Shown: piece after piece, positions 29,826 through 39,977 of the stretch
How the letters are laid out: each line of letters starts with the position of its first letter
How positions within the stretch are numbered: the stretch's first letter is position 1
Assembly (NCBI GenBank): GCA_902586885.1
Contig: CACIJG010000006.1
Span: 11,512 to 75,511 of the forward strand
From: an uncultured Alphaproteobacteria bacterium
GTDB taxonomy: Bacteria; Pseudomonadota; Alphaproteobacteria; Rhodobacterales; Rhodobacteraceae
DNA: 64,000 bases
Direction: 5' to 3'
Notes under the pieces: model-generated
Seen by the model: the letters and a program-made list of their open reading frames with translations, nothing else
Databases searched by the model: none
What the model was told of the DNA's origin: nothing
Position numbers and translations under genes: made by a program

Positions 29826-30863
29826 TTAAATCCAACCTGACAAATGTGTCTTTGCTATTTTAAAAAGAGCTTTTAAGTGGCTAGCTTGATCATTTAGACA
29901 GGGAATATAAGTAAAGTTTTGTCCTCCAGCGTTTAAGAAACTTTCTCTAATCTCGCCGTTGATCTCTTCCAAAGTCTCTAAACAATCAGATGAGAATGCT
30001 GGGGCAATTACCGCAATATTCTTTACACCTTTTTCTGCCAGATCAGCTACCAATTCCACTGTTGATGGACCGATCCATTTTTCAGGACCAAACTTTGACT
30101 GAAATGATGTGGTCAAGTCAACTGAAGTCCAACCCAATTCTTCCATAATTAGCCTTGTTGTCTTTTGGCACTGACAATGATATGGATCGCCCGATAGCAG
30201 ATACCTCTCTGGAACGCCGTGATATGACAAGACTAGGTGCTCTGGTTTTTTCTTGGCATTTTTAAATGAAGATTTAATTGAGTCGCATAAAGCTTTTATA
30301 TAATCTTTATCATCAAAATATGGAGGAACTGTTCTAATTGCAGGCTGCCAATTTAATTTCATTAACGATCTAAAAACCTGATCGTTTGCAGTTGCTGTAG
30401 TAGGGGCTGCATATTGAGGATATAAAGGGAAAAAAAGTATCCTGTTACACCCTTGATCTTTCAGCCCTCTGATGACTTTTTCTGTTGAAGGCTTTCCATA
30501 TCGCATACAAAAATCTACTACAATATTATTTCCAAGCTCTTGCTTACAAAGAGTCGCTAATTTTTTTGCTTGTTTTCTTGTTATTGTTAAAAGAGGGCTT
30601 TCATTTTCTTTATTGTTCCATACCTGCCTATAGGCTTCACCAGATGAAAAGGGCCTTCTTAAAAGAATCAAGCTTAGTATAGGCTTCCAAATCCAAGGTG
30701 AATAATCTATAACCCGCCTGTCGGATAAAAATTCCTTCAAATAGCGCCTAACTGACCAATAATCTGTTGCTTCTGGCGTACCCAAATTACCTATAATCAA
30801 TCCTATCTTTTCTTTTTGAATTTTTGGATGATCCTTTGGGGTATTCTGTAACTTTTGAAACAT
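29826..30863 (-). CDS. hemH: ferrochelatase
   Basis: Motifs GLIIGNLGTPEA, LFFPLYPQY and LVLSYHGVPE. Confidence 0.9.
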   Translation of the reverse strand: MFQKLQNTPKDHPKIQKEKIGLIIGNLGTPEATDYWSVRRYLKEFLSDRRVIDYSPWIWKPILSLILLRRPFSSGEAYRQVWNNKENESPLLTITRKQAKKLATLCKQELGNNIVVDFCMRYGKPSTEKVIRGLKDQGCNRILFFPLYPQYAAPTTATANDQVFRSLMKLNWQPAIRTVPPYFDDKDYIKALCDSIKSSFKNAKKKPEHLVLSYHGVPERYLLSGDPYHCQCQKTTRLIMEELGWTSVDLTTSFQSKFGPEKWIGPSTVELVADLAEKGVKNIAVIAPAFSSDCLETLEEINGEIRESFLNAGGQNFTYIPCLNDQASHLKALFKIAKTHLSGWI

Positions 30864-30943
30864 GCCCTAGTATTTCCTCTGATATAAGCAATAACTAAGC
30901 TATAGTTCGAATTTTTCAATTATTTTTCTGATAATAAGCTTAT

Positions 30944-31678
30944 TTATTTTTCACCATAAAGATAAATAATTTCAAAAGTTGCTCTTATTCCATTGTTTTT
31001 TTTGCCAGTTTTCTTGTAAGGATGATTCTTCTTATAATATTTTTCCATTAGATCAAAAACATCTCTTCTAGAAAAAGCCTTGTTTCTGTCCAAAACGCTA
31101 TTGGTTTCTCCCATTTCTCTTAAATTTTTTAATAGATCTACCACTGTTTCATACTCAAGGGTTAGTGATTCTTTGTCAGCTACAACTCTTTTCATTCCCA
31201 CATTTTGAGCAAGATTCCCAATATCTCTTATTTCTGGTAGCGGAGATATTCTTGGACGAGTCTTTCCTGTAATTTGTACCTCAGCCTTAAAAAAACTATC
31301 CCTTAGTTCTTTAAGTGTATCCGCCCCAAATAAGCAACCCATAAAAATTCCCCCAGGCTTTAAAAAATTGATTTGGTTTGAAAGATCTTTTTTGGGATAA
31401 TTAGACCAGTGCAAGTTTAATACATTTAAAATTAAGTCGACCGTTTTCTTTACTGGCTCCTGATTAAAATGGTCTGAATATTCTATAGCTAGGTCTGGGC
31501 CTAATTCCGTGAAATCCATTTTCTTTGCGCCTATGACCAATATATTTTGCAAACTTAACCCTAACTCAATAACCCTTTCTTCTAAGGTTTTAAATGCGGC
31601 AAGCTGTATAAAATTTTTTTTACCTATTTTACTGGCTCTCCGTCTGTTCTTTTTAACCTGGTCAATATCAAATAACAT
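30944..31678 (-). CDS. SAM-dependent methyltransferase-like protein (NDUFAF5/BioC-like alphaproteobacterial family)
   Basis: Motifs FDIDQVKKNRRRA and LHWSNYP...LKPGGIFMGCLFGADTLKELR. Motif I looks degenerate (ILVIGAKK instead of DLGCG). Confidence 0.55.
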   Translation of the reverse strand: MLFDIDQVKKNRRRASKIGKKNFIQLAAFKTLEERVIELGLSLQNILVIGAKKMDFTELGPDLAIEYSDHFNQEPVKKTVDLILNVLNLHWSNYPKKDLSNQINFLKPGGIFMGCLFGADTLKELRDSFFKAEVQITGKTRPRISPLPEIRDIGNLAQNVGMKRVVADKESLTLEYETVVDLLKNLREMGETNSVLDRNKAFSRRDVFDLMEKYYKKNHPYKKTGKKNNGIRATFEIIYLYGEK

Positions 31679-31772
31679 TTATTATTTATCCTAGTTGCAT
31701 CTTTGATATTAAAAATATACCCTTAAGTCTAATACTGAATAATATTAATTTTTCTAATTATTATGTGTTTTG

Positions 31773-32231
31773 ATGCAAGATTTTGATGATGATGAGCTTA
31801 CTTTTATCACATTATTGAGTGAAATTGGAGCTGTTGAACAAATTGCAAGATCAAAATTAGATAGTGCATTACCTGGAAACCTTAATGTTTCAAATTTTGC
31901 ACTCTTAAACCATTTTAGCAGAGGAAAAGATGAGAAAACACCTCTTCAGTTGGCCAAAGCTTTTAATGTAACTAAGGGCGCTATGACAAACACATTAAAT
32001 AAGTTGGAAAAATTAGGTTATATTCATATTCGTCCTGATTGGGAAGATGCCAGAAAAAAATTAGTTTCAATTAGTCAGTCTGGAGTCGATGCCCGAGACA
32101 ACGCAATGCAAAAAATTAAGCCGTTATTAAATAAAATAATTTCTAACGCGATTAATATTAATGAGAGAGATTTGTTAGCAGAATTAAGAAAGTTCCGTGA
32201 GAAAGTAGAAAATAGCTTTGCAGAAAACTAG
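31773..32231 (+). CDS. MarR family transcriptional regulator
   Basis: Winged-helix region QLAKAFNVTKGAMTNTLNKLEKLGYIHIRPDWEDARKKLVSIS. The ATG follows the TTG at 31770. Confidence 0.8.
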   Translation: MQDFDDDELTFITLLSEIGAVEQIARSKLDSALPGNLNVSNFALLNHFSRGKDEKTPLQLAKAFNVTKGAMTNTLNKLEKLGYIHIRPDWEDARKKLVSISQSGVDARDNAMQKIKPLLNKIISNAININERDLLAELRKFREKVENSFAEN

Positions 32232-32245
32232 ATAGGATCATATTT

Positions 32246-32947
32246 TTGAAAATATTAATTTTAGGAAGCGGCCCAGATTCAGTGGATGCTAGAAAATTTC
32301 AATCTGGTTTATTTGATAAAATAGTATCTATAAACAATGCATGGCAGATAAGGAAGGACTGGGATTTCTGTATTTTTCCAGACGATTTTCCAAAGGAGAG
32401 GCGCCCTGAATCAAATTCGGCCCAACAATTAATTACCTTCAATGAGTATGTCCCAATTCAAAATAAATTTGGTGGCTTTGTATATGCAGGAGGAACAATG
32501 GCTTTTACAGCAGGTTATTGGGCTTTAGGAGCATTAAAACCAACTATAATTGCCTATCTCGGTTGTGACATGATTTACAAAGGAAACAAAACTCATTTTT
32601 ACGGAAAGGGAACTGCAGACCCCTTGAGAAATGATCCAACCTTAAAAAATTTGCTATCAAAGTCAGCTCGATTTGAGGTTATTGCAAACTCCAATAATTG
32701 TTCGGTATTCAACCTTTCTAAACAAAAGGAAAGTAATTTAGTCTTCCGTCGATTAGGAATCTCCGATTTATCTGGGCCAATTAATAGCAGAAAAGTAGAG
32801 AAAAAAAAGACTTTAGAGGCATTCAAAATGGAGAAAGAACTTGGCTATTTTGTGGAGGATGGAAAATATTGGAAACATTTAAAAACTTTTGACTCTAATG
32901 CCATAAATCTTTTGGACTCGCTTTGGAGAGAGGCAATAGTAAGATAA
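32246..32947 (+). CDS. hypothetical protein with N-terminal GxGP Rossmann-like motif (MptE/DUF115/GT42-like, unverified)
   Basis: 233 aa, TTG start 14 nt after marR. MKILILGSGPDS...VSINNAW...YLGCDMIY resembles the GNGPSL...N...G-x-D pattern of DUF115/CstII-type nucleotide-binding folds. Confidence 0.4.
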   Translation: MKILILGSGPDSVDARKFQSGLFDKIVSINNAWQIRKDWDFCIFPDDFPKERRPESNSAQQLITFNEYVPIQNKFGGFVYAGGTMAFTAGYWALGALKPTIIAYLGCDMIYKGNKTHFYGKGTADPLRNDPTLKNLLSKSARFEVIANSNNCSVFNLSKQKESNLVFRRLGISDLSGPINSRKVEKKKTLEAFKMEKELGYFVEDGKYWKHLKTFDSNAINLLDSLWREAIVR

Positions 32948-32956
32948 AATATTTTT

Positions 32957-33712
32957 TTAAATATTATTTTTAGCACATAATGCATAATTCACAGAAAAAT
33001 CGTTACTTGACAACATCCAACTCCATGAAACTGGATTAAAAACAAAACCTCTAGTATCCATTATGCTCAATTTATGTTTAATAAACATGTCTTTTAGTTC
33101 TGTTGGCGTAATAAACTTTTTCCAATCATGTGTTCCTTTAGGAAGCCAGTTCATCACATACTCTGCACCAAGGATTGCAAATAAATAACTCTTTACATTT
33201 CTGTTTATAGTTGAGCAAAATATCAAACCATCTTTCTTTAGCATTTTTGAACATGTCGAAATAAATTCTTCAGGATGATCTACATGCTCTATAACTTCCA
33301 TATTTAGTATAACATCATACTTGATGTTTTCTTTCTCTAATTTTTCAACGGAAATATGACGATAGTCAATCTTAAGTCCAACTTTCTCTGCGTGGACTGC
33401 GGCGATTTTAATATTTTTCTCTACCACATCAATCCCTAATACTTCTGCTCCGAGTCTAGCCATTGGCTCACATAGCAATCCACCTCCACACCCTATATCC
33501 AGAACCTTCAGACCCTTCAAAGGCTTTTTCTCTGAAAGATTCCTCGAAAGGTAGAGGGACAAGTGATCAGTTATAAATCCTAATCTACAGGGGTTCAACA
33601 TATGAAGAGGTTTAAATTTTCCTTCTTGATCCCACCACTCTGAAGCTAAGGCTTCAAATTTAAGCACTTCGTCATCATTAATTGAGGATTTGGTTTCCAT
33701 TGCACTCTCCAA
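32957..33712 (-). CDS. ubiG: bifunctional 3-demethylubiquinol / 2-polyprenyl-6-hydroxyphenol O-methyltransferase
   Basis: Motifs FEALASEWWDQEGKFKPLHMLNP.R, VLDIGCGGGLL and MEVIEHV. Confidence 0.9.
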   Translation of the reverse strand: MESAMETKSSINDDEVLKFEALASEWWDQEGKFKPLHMLNPCRLGFITDHLSLYLSRNLSEKKPLKGLKVLDIGCGGGLLCEPMARLGAEVLGIDVVEKNIKIAAVHAEKVGLKIDYRHISVEKLEKENIKYDVILNMEVIEHVDHPEEFISTCSKMLKKDGLIFCSTINRNVKSYLFAILGAEYVMNWLPKGTHDWKKFITPTELKDMFIKHKLSIMDTRGFVFNPVSWSWMLSSNDFSVNYALCAKNNI

Positions 33713-33757
33713 GTTTACGTGTCATATTATATAGTCTAACATTTTCATAACTCAATA

Positions 33758-34735
33758 ATGCCCGAACAAATTATAACCAAATCAGAGAGCTCAAAAAGAG
33801 GTTTATATCCTGAAATAGAGCCTTTCAAAAAGAATATTATTAATACTGGAGACGGACATCAAATCTACTTTGAAGAATGCGGTAATCCCAGAGGAATTCC
33901 AGTATTAGTCGTTCATGGTGGTCCTGGAGGGGGTTGTAGCCCGAATATGCGAAGATATTTTGACCCTGATGCATACTACATAGTTTTGTTTGATCAACGA
34001 GGTTGTGGAAAGTCAAGACCTTACGCATCCATTGAAAATAATACGACTTGGCATCTTTTATTAGATATGGAAATGATCAGAAAAAAACTCAATATAGAAA
34101 AGTTTGTCTTGTTTGGAGGAAGTTGGGGGGCTGCACTTTCGCTGATTTATGCTCAGAAATATCCAGAAATGGTGAGTAAAATTATTTTGCGTGGTGTTTT
34201 CACAATGACAAGAGAGGAACTAAACTGGTTCTATCAGGAAGGAGGTGCAAGCAAATTTTGGCCAGAAGCTTGGAGATCATTTAGGGATATGCTTCCACCT
34301 GACGAGAGAAAAAATTTAATTGAAGGATATCATATCAGGCTGTTTGGATCTTCTCCAACAGAACAAGGGCGTTATGCAAGAGCATGGACTGCATGGGAAA
34401 ATGCGCTAGCCAATCTTGATAGTCCAGGATTTGGCTCTAGTCCATCAACAGACTATGCAAGAGCTTTTGCACGAATTGAAAATCATTATTTTAAAAATCT
34501 TGGTTTTTTGGGTAAACAAAATCAAATAAAGGATAACATGCACAAAATTGCGGACATTCCTTCTATTATTGTTCAAGGGCGATACGACATGATATGCCCT
34601 CCAAATATTGCTGAAAATATTCACAGACTATGGCCTAACTCAAAGCTATTTATGGTTTCTAAAGCTGGGCACGCAATGTCTGAGCCGGGAATAACAGAAG
34701 CATTGATAAATGCAACCGAAGTTTTTAAGAACTAG
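33758..34735 (+). CDS. pip: prolyl aminopeptidase (proline iminopeptidase)
   Basis: Motifs VVHGGPGGG, FDQRGCGKS and GGSWGAALSLIYAQKYPE. Confidence 0.9.
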   Translation: MPEQIITKSESSKRGLYPEIEPFKKNIINTGDGHQIYFEECGNPRGIPVLVVHGGPGGGCSPNMRRYFDPDAYYIVLFDQRGCGKSRPYASIENNTTWHLLLDMEMIRKKLNIEKFVLFGGSWGAALSLIYAQKYPEMVSKIILRGVFTMTREELNWFYQEGGASKFWPEAWRSFRDMLPPDERKNLIEGYHIRLFGSSPTEQGRYARAWTAWENALANLDSPGFGSSPSTDYARAFARIENHYFKNLGFLGKQNQIKDNMHKIADIPSIIVQGRYDMICPPNIAENIHRLWPNSKLFMVSKAGHAMSEPGITEALINATEVFKN

Positions 34736-35327
34736 CGTTTTTAAGCGATTTTATTAGGGACTCAAATTTTTTGTATTCTGGTTCTAGTTTCTTATCAAAG
34801 TTTGAGATTGTCATAATTGTAATTCTTTGATCGACTAAAAAAATATACTTTCGCACTTTTCTTACTGACGAAATTACAGAGGTTTGTTGCAGATCTAGGA
34901 TAACTAATTCATTTCTAAGAGTCTTTTTTCTAACTTTCAGTCTTATGGAATTAGAATTTTTAAGTAAATTCTCTAACTTTTCATCAATCATGATAGTATT
35001 AAAGAAATCTTTCTCAGATAGTGACGCGGGCAGCTTCATATCTGTTGCTGTCAAACTGATTATCGAATCGACTGGCCTTCGACCAAAAATTTTACCGCTA
35101 TCTCGTTTTATTGAGACACAGTTTGTTATAAACTTGGTGTCAAGATAATCAGTGGAAACTCCCATATTATCATCTATACAATAACCATTTGGTAGCTCAA
35201 CATTTATTAGTCTTTGATTTTTTTGTATTGAGACAAAGTTTTTTAATGAGCCCGATCCGAATGGGGAGCAACCATTAAGGACCATTAGAAGGCCTATAAA
35301 AAAAAGTTTATTCAAAAAAATTTTCAA
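34725..35327 (-). CDS. hypothetical lipoprotein
   Basis: Signal peptide with lipobox MVLNGC. I recognise no family motif. Confidence 0.5.
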   Translation of the reverse strand: MKIFLNKLFFIGLLMVLNGCSPFGSGSLKNFVSIQKNQRLINVELPNGYCIDDNMGVSTDYLDTKFITNCVSIKRDSGKIFGRRPVDSIISLTATDMKLPASLSEKDFFNTIMIDEKLENLLKNSNSIRLKVRKKTLRNELVILDLQQTSVISSVRKVRKYIFLVDQRITIMTISNFDKKLEPEYKKFESLIKSLKNASS

Positions 35328-35481
35328 TTCAACCCCATAAGCGACACAATTAATTTATCAAAGCGAAAGAGTTTTGATTAATTACTATAAATTGTTGTTT
35401 TTGTTTTTTATAATAGTTAGGTTATGTTTAGCAATAGAAACTATTAATATATTATTATAATTTAAAAATTTTGGTAGATAA

Positions 35482-36378
35482 ATGAACTGGATTTCAAATT
35501 TTGTTAGACCAAAGATAGACGCTATTTTCTCTAAAAAAGAAACTTCAGAAAATCTTTGGATAAAGTGCCAAAAATGTGACTCAATGATATTTCACCGAGA
35601 ATTCAGGGATGCTCTTAATGTGTGCCCTAACTGCAATCATCATATGTATATTTCACCTGTAGATAGATTTGAGTCATTACTAGACAACGGGAGTTTCACT
35701 TTAATAGATTACGATAAACCAATATCAGACCCCTTAAATTTCAAAGACAGTAAAAAATATACGGATAGATTAAAAGAGGCTCAAAAACAAACTGGTCAAG
35801 ATGAGGCTATTTTGATTTCTGAAGGAAAAATGGGAGGCATGAATGTAATACTTGCTTGTCAGGACTTTAAATTTATGGGCGGCTCAATGGGAATGGCTGT
35901 TGGAAATGCTATTTTAAGCGGTGTAAAAGCAAGCGTTAAAAAAGGAGCACCTTTTATTTTATTCGCAGCAGCTGGAGGCGCAAGAATGCAGGAAAGTGTT
36001 CTGTCTTTAGTCCAAATGCCTCGGACAACTGTTGCAGTTGAAATGCTACGGGAAGCTAATCTGCCCTATATAGTGGTTCTAACCAACCCAACTACAGGGG
36101 GAGTTACTGCATCTTATGCAATGTTGGGTGACATTCAAATCGCTGAGCCAAATGCTTTAATATGCTTTGCTGGACCAAGAGTCATAGAACAAACTATAAG
36201 GGAGAAGTTACCAGAGGGCTTTCAAAGATCCGAATATCTCCTTGACCATGGAATGCTCGACAGTGTGATAAGTAGAAAAAACTTAAGAGAAGAACTGATA
36301 AAGATAATCCACCTTCTTTCAAATAGTCCTCCACCAATTAGAGGTAATTTGACTGAAGGGGATAAAGTTGATGGATAA
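35482..36378 (+). CDS. accD: acetyl-CoA carboxylase carboxyltransferase beta subunit
   Basis: Zinc ribbon CQKCDS...CPNCNHH and motif FMGGSMG. Confidence 0.95.
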   Translation: MNWISNFVRPKIDAIFSKKETSENLWIKCQKCDSMIFHREFRDALNVCPNCNHHMYISPVDRFESLLDNGSFTLIDYDKPISDPLNFKDSKKYTDRLKEAQKQTGQDEAILISEGKMGGMNVILACQDFKFMGGSMGMAVGNAILSGVKASVKKGAPFILFAAAGGARMQESVLSLVQMPRTTVAVEMLREANLPYIVVLTNPTTGGVTASYAMLGDIQIAEPNALICFAGPRVIEQTIREKLPEGFQRSEYLLDHGMLDSVISRKNLREELIKIIHLLSNSPPPIRGNLTEGDKVDG

Positions 36379-37660
36379 TATTTTTGATAGACTTTATAAA
36401 CTACATCCAAAAATCATTGATCTTAAATTAGAAAGAGTAGAACGGCTTTTAAGTAAGCTTGGAAATCCTGAAAAAAAATTGCCTTCAATAATTCATGTGG
36501 CAGGTACAAACGGTAAGGGCTCTACCATTGCCATGATAAGAGCGGCATTGAAAAGCAAAGGATACCTTGTTCACGTTTATACTTCTCCTCATCTTGTTAA
36601 CTTCACTGAAAGAATTCTTGTTGCCGGTAAAGAAATTAGTAAGGATTATTTAAGGGATTTGCTTTTAGAGTGCGAAAGGAAAAATAATTCCCTGCCAATA
36701 ACTTTTTTTGAAATAACTACATGCGCTGCACTGCTAGCTTTTTCTCGATCTAAGGCTGACTTTACAATACTTGAAGTAGGTCTTGGTGGAGAATTTGATG
36801 CAACAAATGTAATTGAAAATCCAATACTCTCTATAATCACCCCAATATCCATTGATCACAAAGAATTTCTAGGAGAAACTATCGAAAAGATTGCAGAAAC
36901 CAAAGCAGGAATAATTAAGAAGGATTCGACAACTATTGTAGGAAAACAAGATCCAAAAGTTGCATCTATTCTTAAATTAAGATGCCAACGGATAGGCAGC
37001 GAATTGGTAAGCACTAAGGAAAATATGCACTTCTCAAAAAAGGATAGAAAAATAATTTTTAAGAGAAATAAGGCTAGGTTTGAGTTTCCTTTACCAAATC
37101 TAATTGGCGTTCATCAAATTACTAACGCTATGACGGCTATAATGGCACTACTGAAATTACAGATTCCAAAAAAAAATATTTGCTATGGAATTAAACATGC
37201 TGATTGGCCTGCTAGGTTAGAAAAAATAAATTATGGGAAATTAGAAAAAATAATTAGGACCTATAATTCCTCAAACGAACTATGGCTAGACGGTGGCCAC
37301 AACGTAGATGCAAGTAAAGTTTTAAAATCTAGCATAGAAACTATGAAACCCCTGGACCTTCATGTTATATATGGATCATTAAAAAACAAAGATTATAAAA
37401 ATTTTCTCCTTAACTTTAAGGAAATATCAACCTCTCTTTGGGCGATAAAAATTACAAACCAGCCAAATTCGCTTTCTACACGGATTATTATCAAAGAGGC
37501 TGAAGAGATAGGCTACATAAAGCCAAAAAAAATAAAGAATATAATTGAGGGAATAAATCAAATTTGCAGTCAAACAAATTCCTGTAAGACACCTATACGA
37601 ATATTGATATGTGGATCTCTTTATTTGGCTGGTGAAGTTTTAAGAGAAAATGATAAATAA
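36368..37660 (+). CDS. folC: bifunctional folylpolyglutamate synthase / dihydrofolate synthase
   Basis: P-loop HVAGTNGKGST and LEVGLGGEFDATNV. Overlaps accD by 11 nt. Confidence 0.9.
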   Translation: MMDNIFDRLYKLHPKIIDLKLERVERLLSKLGNPEKKLPSIIHVAGTNGKGSTIAMIRAALKSKGYLVHVYTSPHLVNFTERILVAGKEISKDYLRDLLLECERKNNSLPITFFEITTCAALLAFSRSKADFTILEVGLGGEFDATNVIENPILSIITPISIDHKEFLGETIEKIAETKAGIIKKDSTTIVGKQDPKVASILKLRCQRIGSELVSTKENMHFSKKDRKIIFKRNKARFEFPLPNLIGVHQITNAMTAIMALLKLQIPKKNICYGIKHADWPARLEKINYGKLEKIIRTYNSSNELWLDGGHNVDASKVLKSSIETMKPLDLHVIYGSLKNKDYKNFLLNFKEISTSLWAIKITNQPNSLSTRIIIKEAEEIGYIKPKKIKNIIEGINQICSQTNSCKTPIRILICGSLYLAGEVLRENDK

Positions 37661-37981
37661 CTAGGTGCTTTCGTCTATCCACTCTTTCAAAGCCTCTTTA
37701 GGTGCCGCTCCAATTTTTGAGGACACCATTTCTCCATTTTTGAAGATGAATAATGCTGGTATTCCCCTAACACCTAAACGACTGGGACTATTGGGGTTTT
37801 CATCAACATTTATTTTAGCAATTTTTATTCTATCACCATATTCAGTTGATAATTCCTCCAAAGCAGGGCCAATCTGCTTGCAAGGACCACACCATTCGGC
37901 CCAAAAATCAATAACCACAGGTGTTTTACTATTTACAACCAATTCTTCGAATGTTTCATCTGTTACATTAACAGTAGCCAT
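37661..37981 (-). CDS. trxA: thioredoxin
   Basis: 106 aa with WAEWCGPCK active site. Confidence 0.95.
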   Translation of the reverse strand: MATVNVTDETFEELVVNSKTPVVIDFWAEWCGPCKQIGPALEELSTEYGDRIKIAKINVDENPNSPSRLGVRGIPALFIFKNGEMVSSKIGAAPKEALKEWIDEST

Positions 37982-38012
37982 CTAATTTTCTCCTAAAATT
38001 AAATCATTAAAA

Positions 38013-39428
38013 TCATCTGTATAACTTGTTTAAATATAAATATATGCTTTTTAAATCCTTGATAACATTATACTCACTATTATTTGTATCCTCCTTTTCA
38101 ATATTTTCAATCTCTTTGTTAAAATCATCTAAAGTATTCCATTTCTCTGTGTTTATACTCGACACTTGAAATTTTATAGCATTGTGAATCTCTTTTTTGG
38201 TATCTTCGGGAAGCGCTTCTGGAAACTCTTCATAAATTAATCTCATTCCAAAGTAAGATAATCTCTTGTCAGTAAACTTTTTACACAAATGATATCTCTC
38301 CTGCCAATTAGCTTTAAAAAAATCCTGCTTAATATTTGTGTCATTTATTGAAGGAAAGCCTCCTTTGTAAAGACTTTCCTCCGCCAAAATATCTTCTTGA
38401 GAGCCTTCGCTTTCTTCTTGCAAATCTTTTTCCTGTGCTAAATCCATTAGAAAATCAATTATATTCTTCTTAAAATTAGGGCAAGAATCTAACAGTTTTG
38501 ATTTCTTTTTATATTCCTTTAAACTAGTCTGATCAAAGTAACTACTATTCTCAATCTGTGCCATTGTTAGTAAAATGGGGTTTTTATTGTGCCTTATAGT
38601 TCTTATAAACTTCTGACCTGACAAAAAGGTCTCTTTGAGATCTTTTGCACTTAAACCCAAGAAATCATCTGGGTTAAAACTTAAGTCAAATACAATTGGG
38701 TATTTGTAAATTGGGTGATTTGCCAGATAACTCCCTCCAAAGCCAGATGTTTTTCCAAAGTAAGTCTCTGAAAAAAAAACAATCTGATTTTCATTCAAGA
38801 ATTCTAATACTTTAGATTTTTCAGAGCAAATCAGGCAAGCTTTCCATATCTCTGGTGATTTTTTTGCCACCTTTTTTGCCATCTCTATAGTTGCTTTAAC
38901 ATCACCTAATGCATCATGTGCAAAATGCTCTATTCCATTAAATGGAGAAACTTGGTCAAGTTTAAACACTTTTCTATTTTTCTCATTTTTTGGTATCTTA
39001 ATCTTGTCAGGAAAGAACAAATCAAGCGTTCTTATTAAACCCAGCAGATCGGACCTCCGATTCCTATTTAAGCTAGTAATATAGGGGTCTCTTAGGCTTT
39101 TAAAAAAACTGTTTCTTAAAAATTCTTCGTCAAACGCTATATTGTTATATCCAATAAAAAGTGCTGGGGACCAAGATTTAAATTTATTTTCTATTTTACA
39201 AACCATTTCATAATGAGAATTATTATTTTCTATAACGCTACTAAAAGAGGAGTGATTTACCCTCAATGCGTGTGCACTTGGGATAAGGCCTGGCTTCAAC
39301 TTGGATCTGATATCAAGTATGTCCAAATTATTGAAGTTTTTATCAACTAAGATTGCACCCACCTGTAATATTTGATCCCAACAAGGATTCTTGCCAGACG
39401 TTTCCAAATCATAAAAAACATAATTCAT
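38013..39428 (-). CDS. sbcB: exodeoxyribonuclease I
   Basis: 471 aa with a DEDDh exonuclease N-terminus (FYDLETSG...YNNIAFDEEFLR...HDALGDV). The size matches ExoI (~475 aa). Confidence 0.75.
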   Translation of the reverse strand: MNYVFYDLETSGKNPCWDQILQVGAILVDKNFNNLDILDIRSKLKPGLIPSAHALRVNHSSFSSVIENNNSHYEMVCKIENKFKSWSPALFIGYNNIAFDEEFLRNSFFKSLRDPYITSLNRNRRSDLLGLIRTLDLFFPDKIKIPKNEKNRKVFKLDQVSPFNGIEHFAHDALGDVKATIEMAKKVAKKSPEIWKACLICSEKSKVLEFLNENQIVFFSETYFGKTSGFGGSYLANHPIYKYPIVFDLSFNPDDFLGLSAKDLKETFLSGQKFIRTIRHNKNPILLTMAQIENSSYFDQTSLKEYKKKSKLLDSCPNFKKNIIDFLMDLAQEKDLQEESEGSQEDILAEESLYKGGFPSINDTNIKQDFFKANWQERYHLCKKFTDKRLSYFGMRLIYEEFPEALPEDTKKEIHNAIKFQVSSINTEKWNTLDDFNKEIENIEKEDTNNSEYNVIKDLKSIYLYLNKLYR

Positions 39429-39469
39429 TTTTTTCAGCTTATAAGTATTTTATTTTTCAAAATTATTAT

Positions 39470-39970
39470 TTAAAACATTTTTAAAAGTGACTTGTAAATA
39501 TTTTCCCAACCTTCACCAAAAAATTTCAACTCGATATTCCTTGAATTTTCAGCATTCTTATGTTGAAACAAAGAAACTGATAGGAACCTACAGGGTAGAA
39601 AATTTCTTATCAAATCAGGCCATTCAAGAATTATAACATTTTGATCAAATATATCAGGTATTCCTAATTCAAATAAATCTGTTTCGTTTTCTAATCTATA
39701 TAGATCAAGATGAAGAATAGAAAAATTTCTTAGATCATATTCTTGTATAATAGAAAAAGTAGGAGATGGAATCTCTTCTATTTCCAAATTATCCATTAAG
39801 CATCTAGCATTAATAATTGCCCTGGAGAAAAAAGTCTTTCCTATACCGAGAGGTCCGTCCATTAAAATTATATCACCCTTATCGATATTTTTTGCAAAAA
39901 TATCAGCTAAATCGATTATTTCTTGTGTACCTAACGCATTTCCATAAATTGTTCTTTTTTTTATTTCCAT
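39470..39970 (-). CDS. tsaE: tRNA t6A37 biosynthesis ATPase TsaE
   Basis: P-loop GPLGIGKTFFSR and motifs SPTFSIIQEY and HLDLYRL. Confidence 0.85.
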   Translation of the reverse strand: MEIKKRTIYGNALGTQEIIDLADIFAKNIDKGDIILMDGPLGIGKTFFSRAIINARCLMDNLEIEEIPSPTFSIIQEYDLRNFSILHLDLYRLENETDLFELGIPDIFDQNVIILEWPDLIRNFLPCRFLSVSLFQHKNAENSRNIELKFFGEGWENIYKSLLKMF

Positions 39971-39977
39971 TGTGATT

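Noticed and set aside
35328-35481. 8-bp inverted repeat TAATAGTT...AACTATTA in the lipoprotein/accD divergent spacer, and the AAAATTGA direct repeat at 7492-7605
   Set aside because: These are short, AT-only repeats with no link to a known operator, so they are indistinguishable from background.
37665-37985. 106-aa plus-strand ORF exactly mirroring trxA, the same length as the real gene
   Set aside because: It is fully antisense to an unmistakable thioredoxin (WCGPC). Its translation is low-complexity with no motif. Such mirror ORFs arise from codon bias in AT-rich genes.
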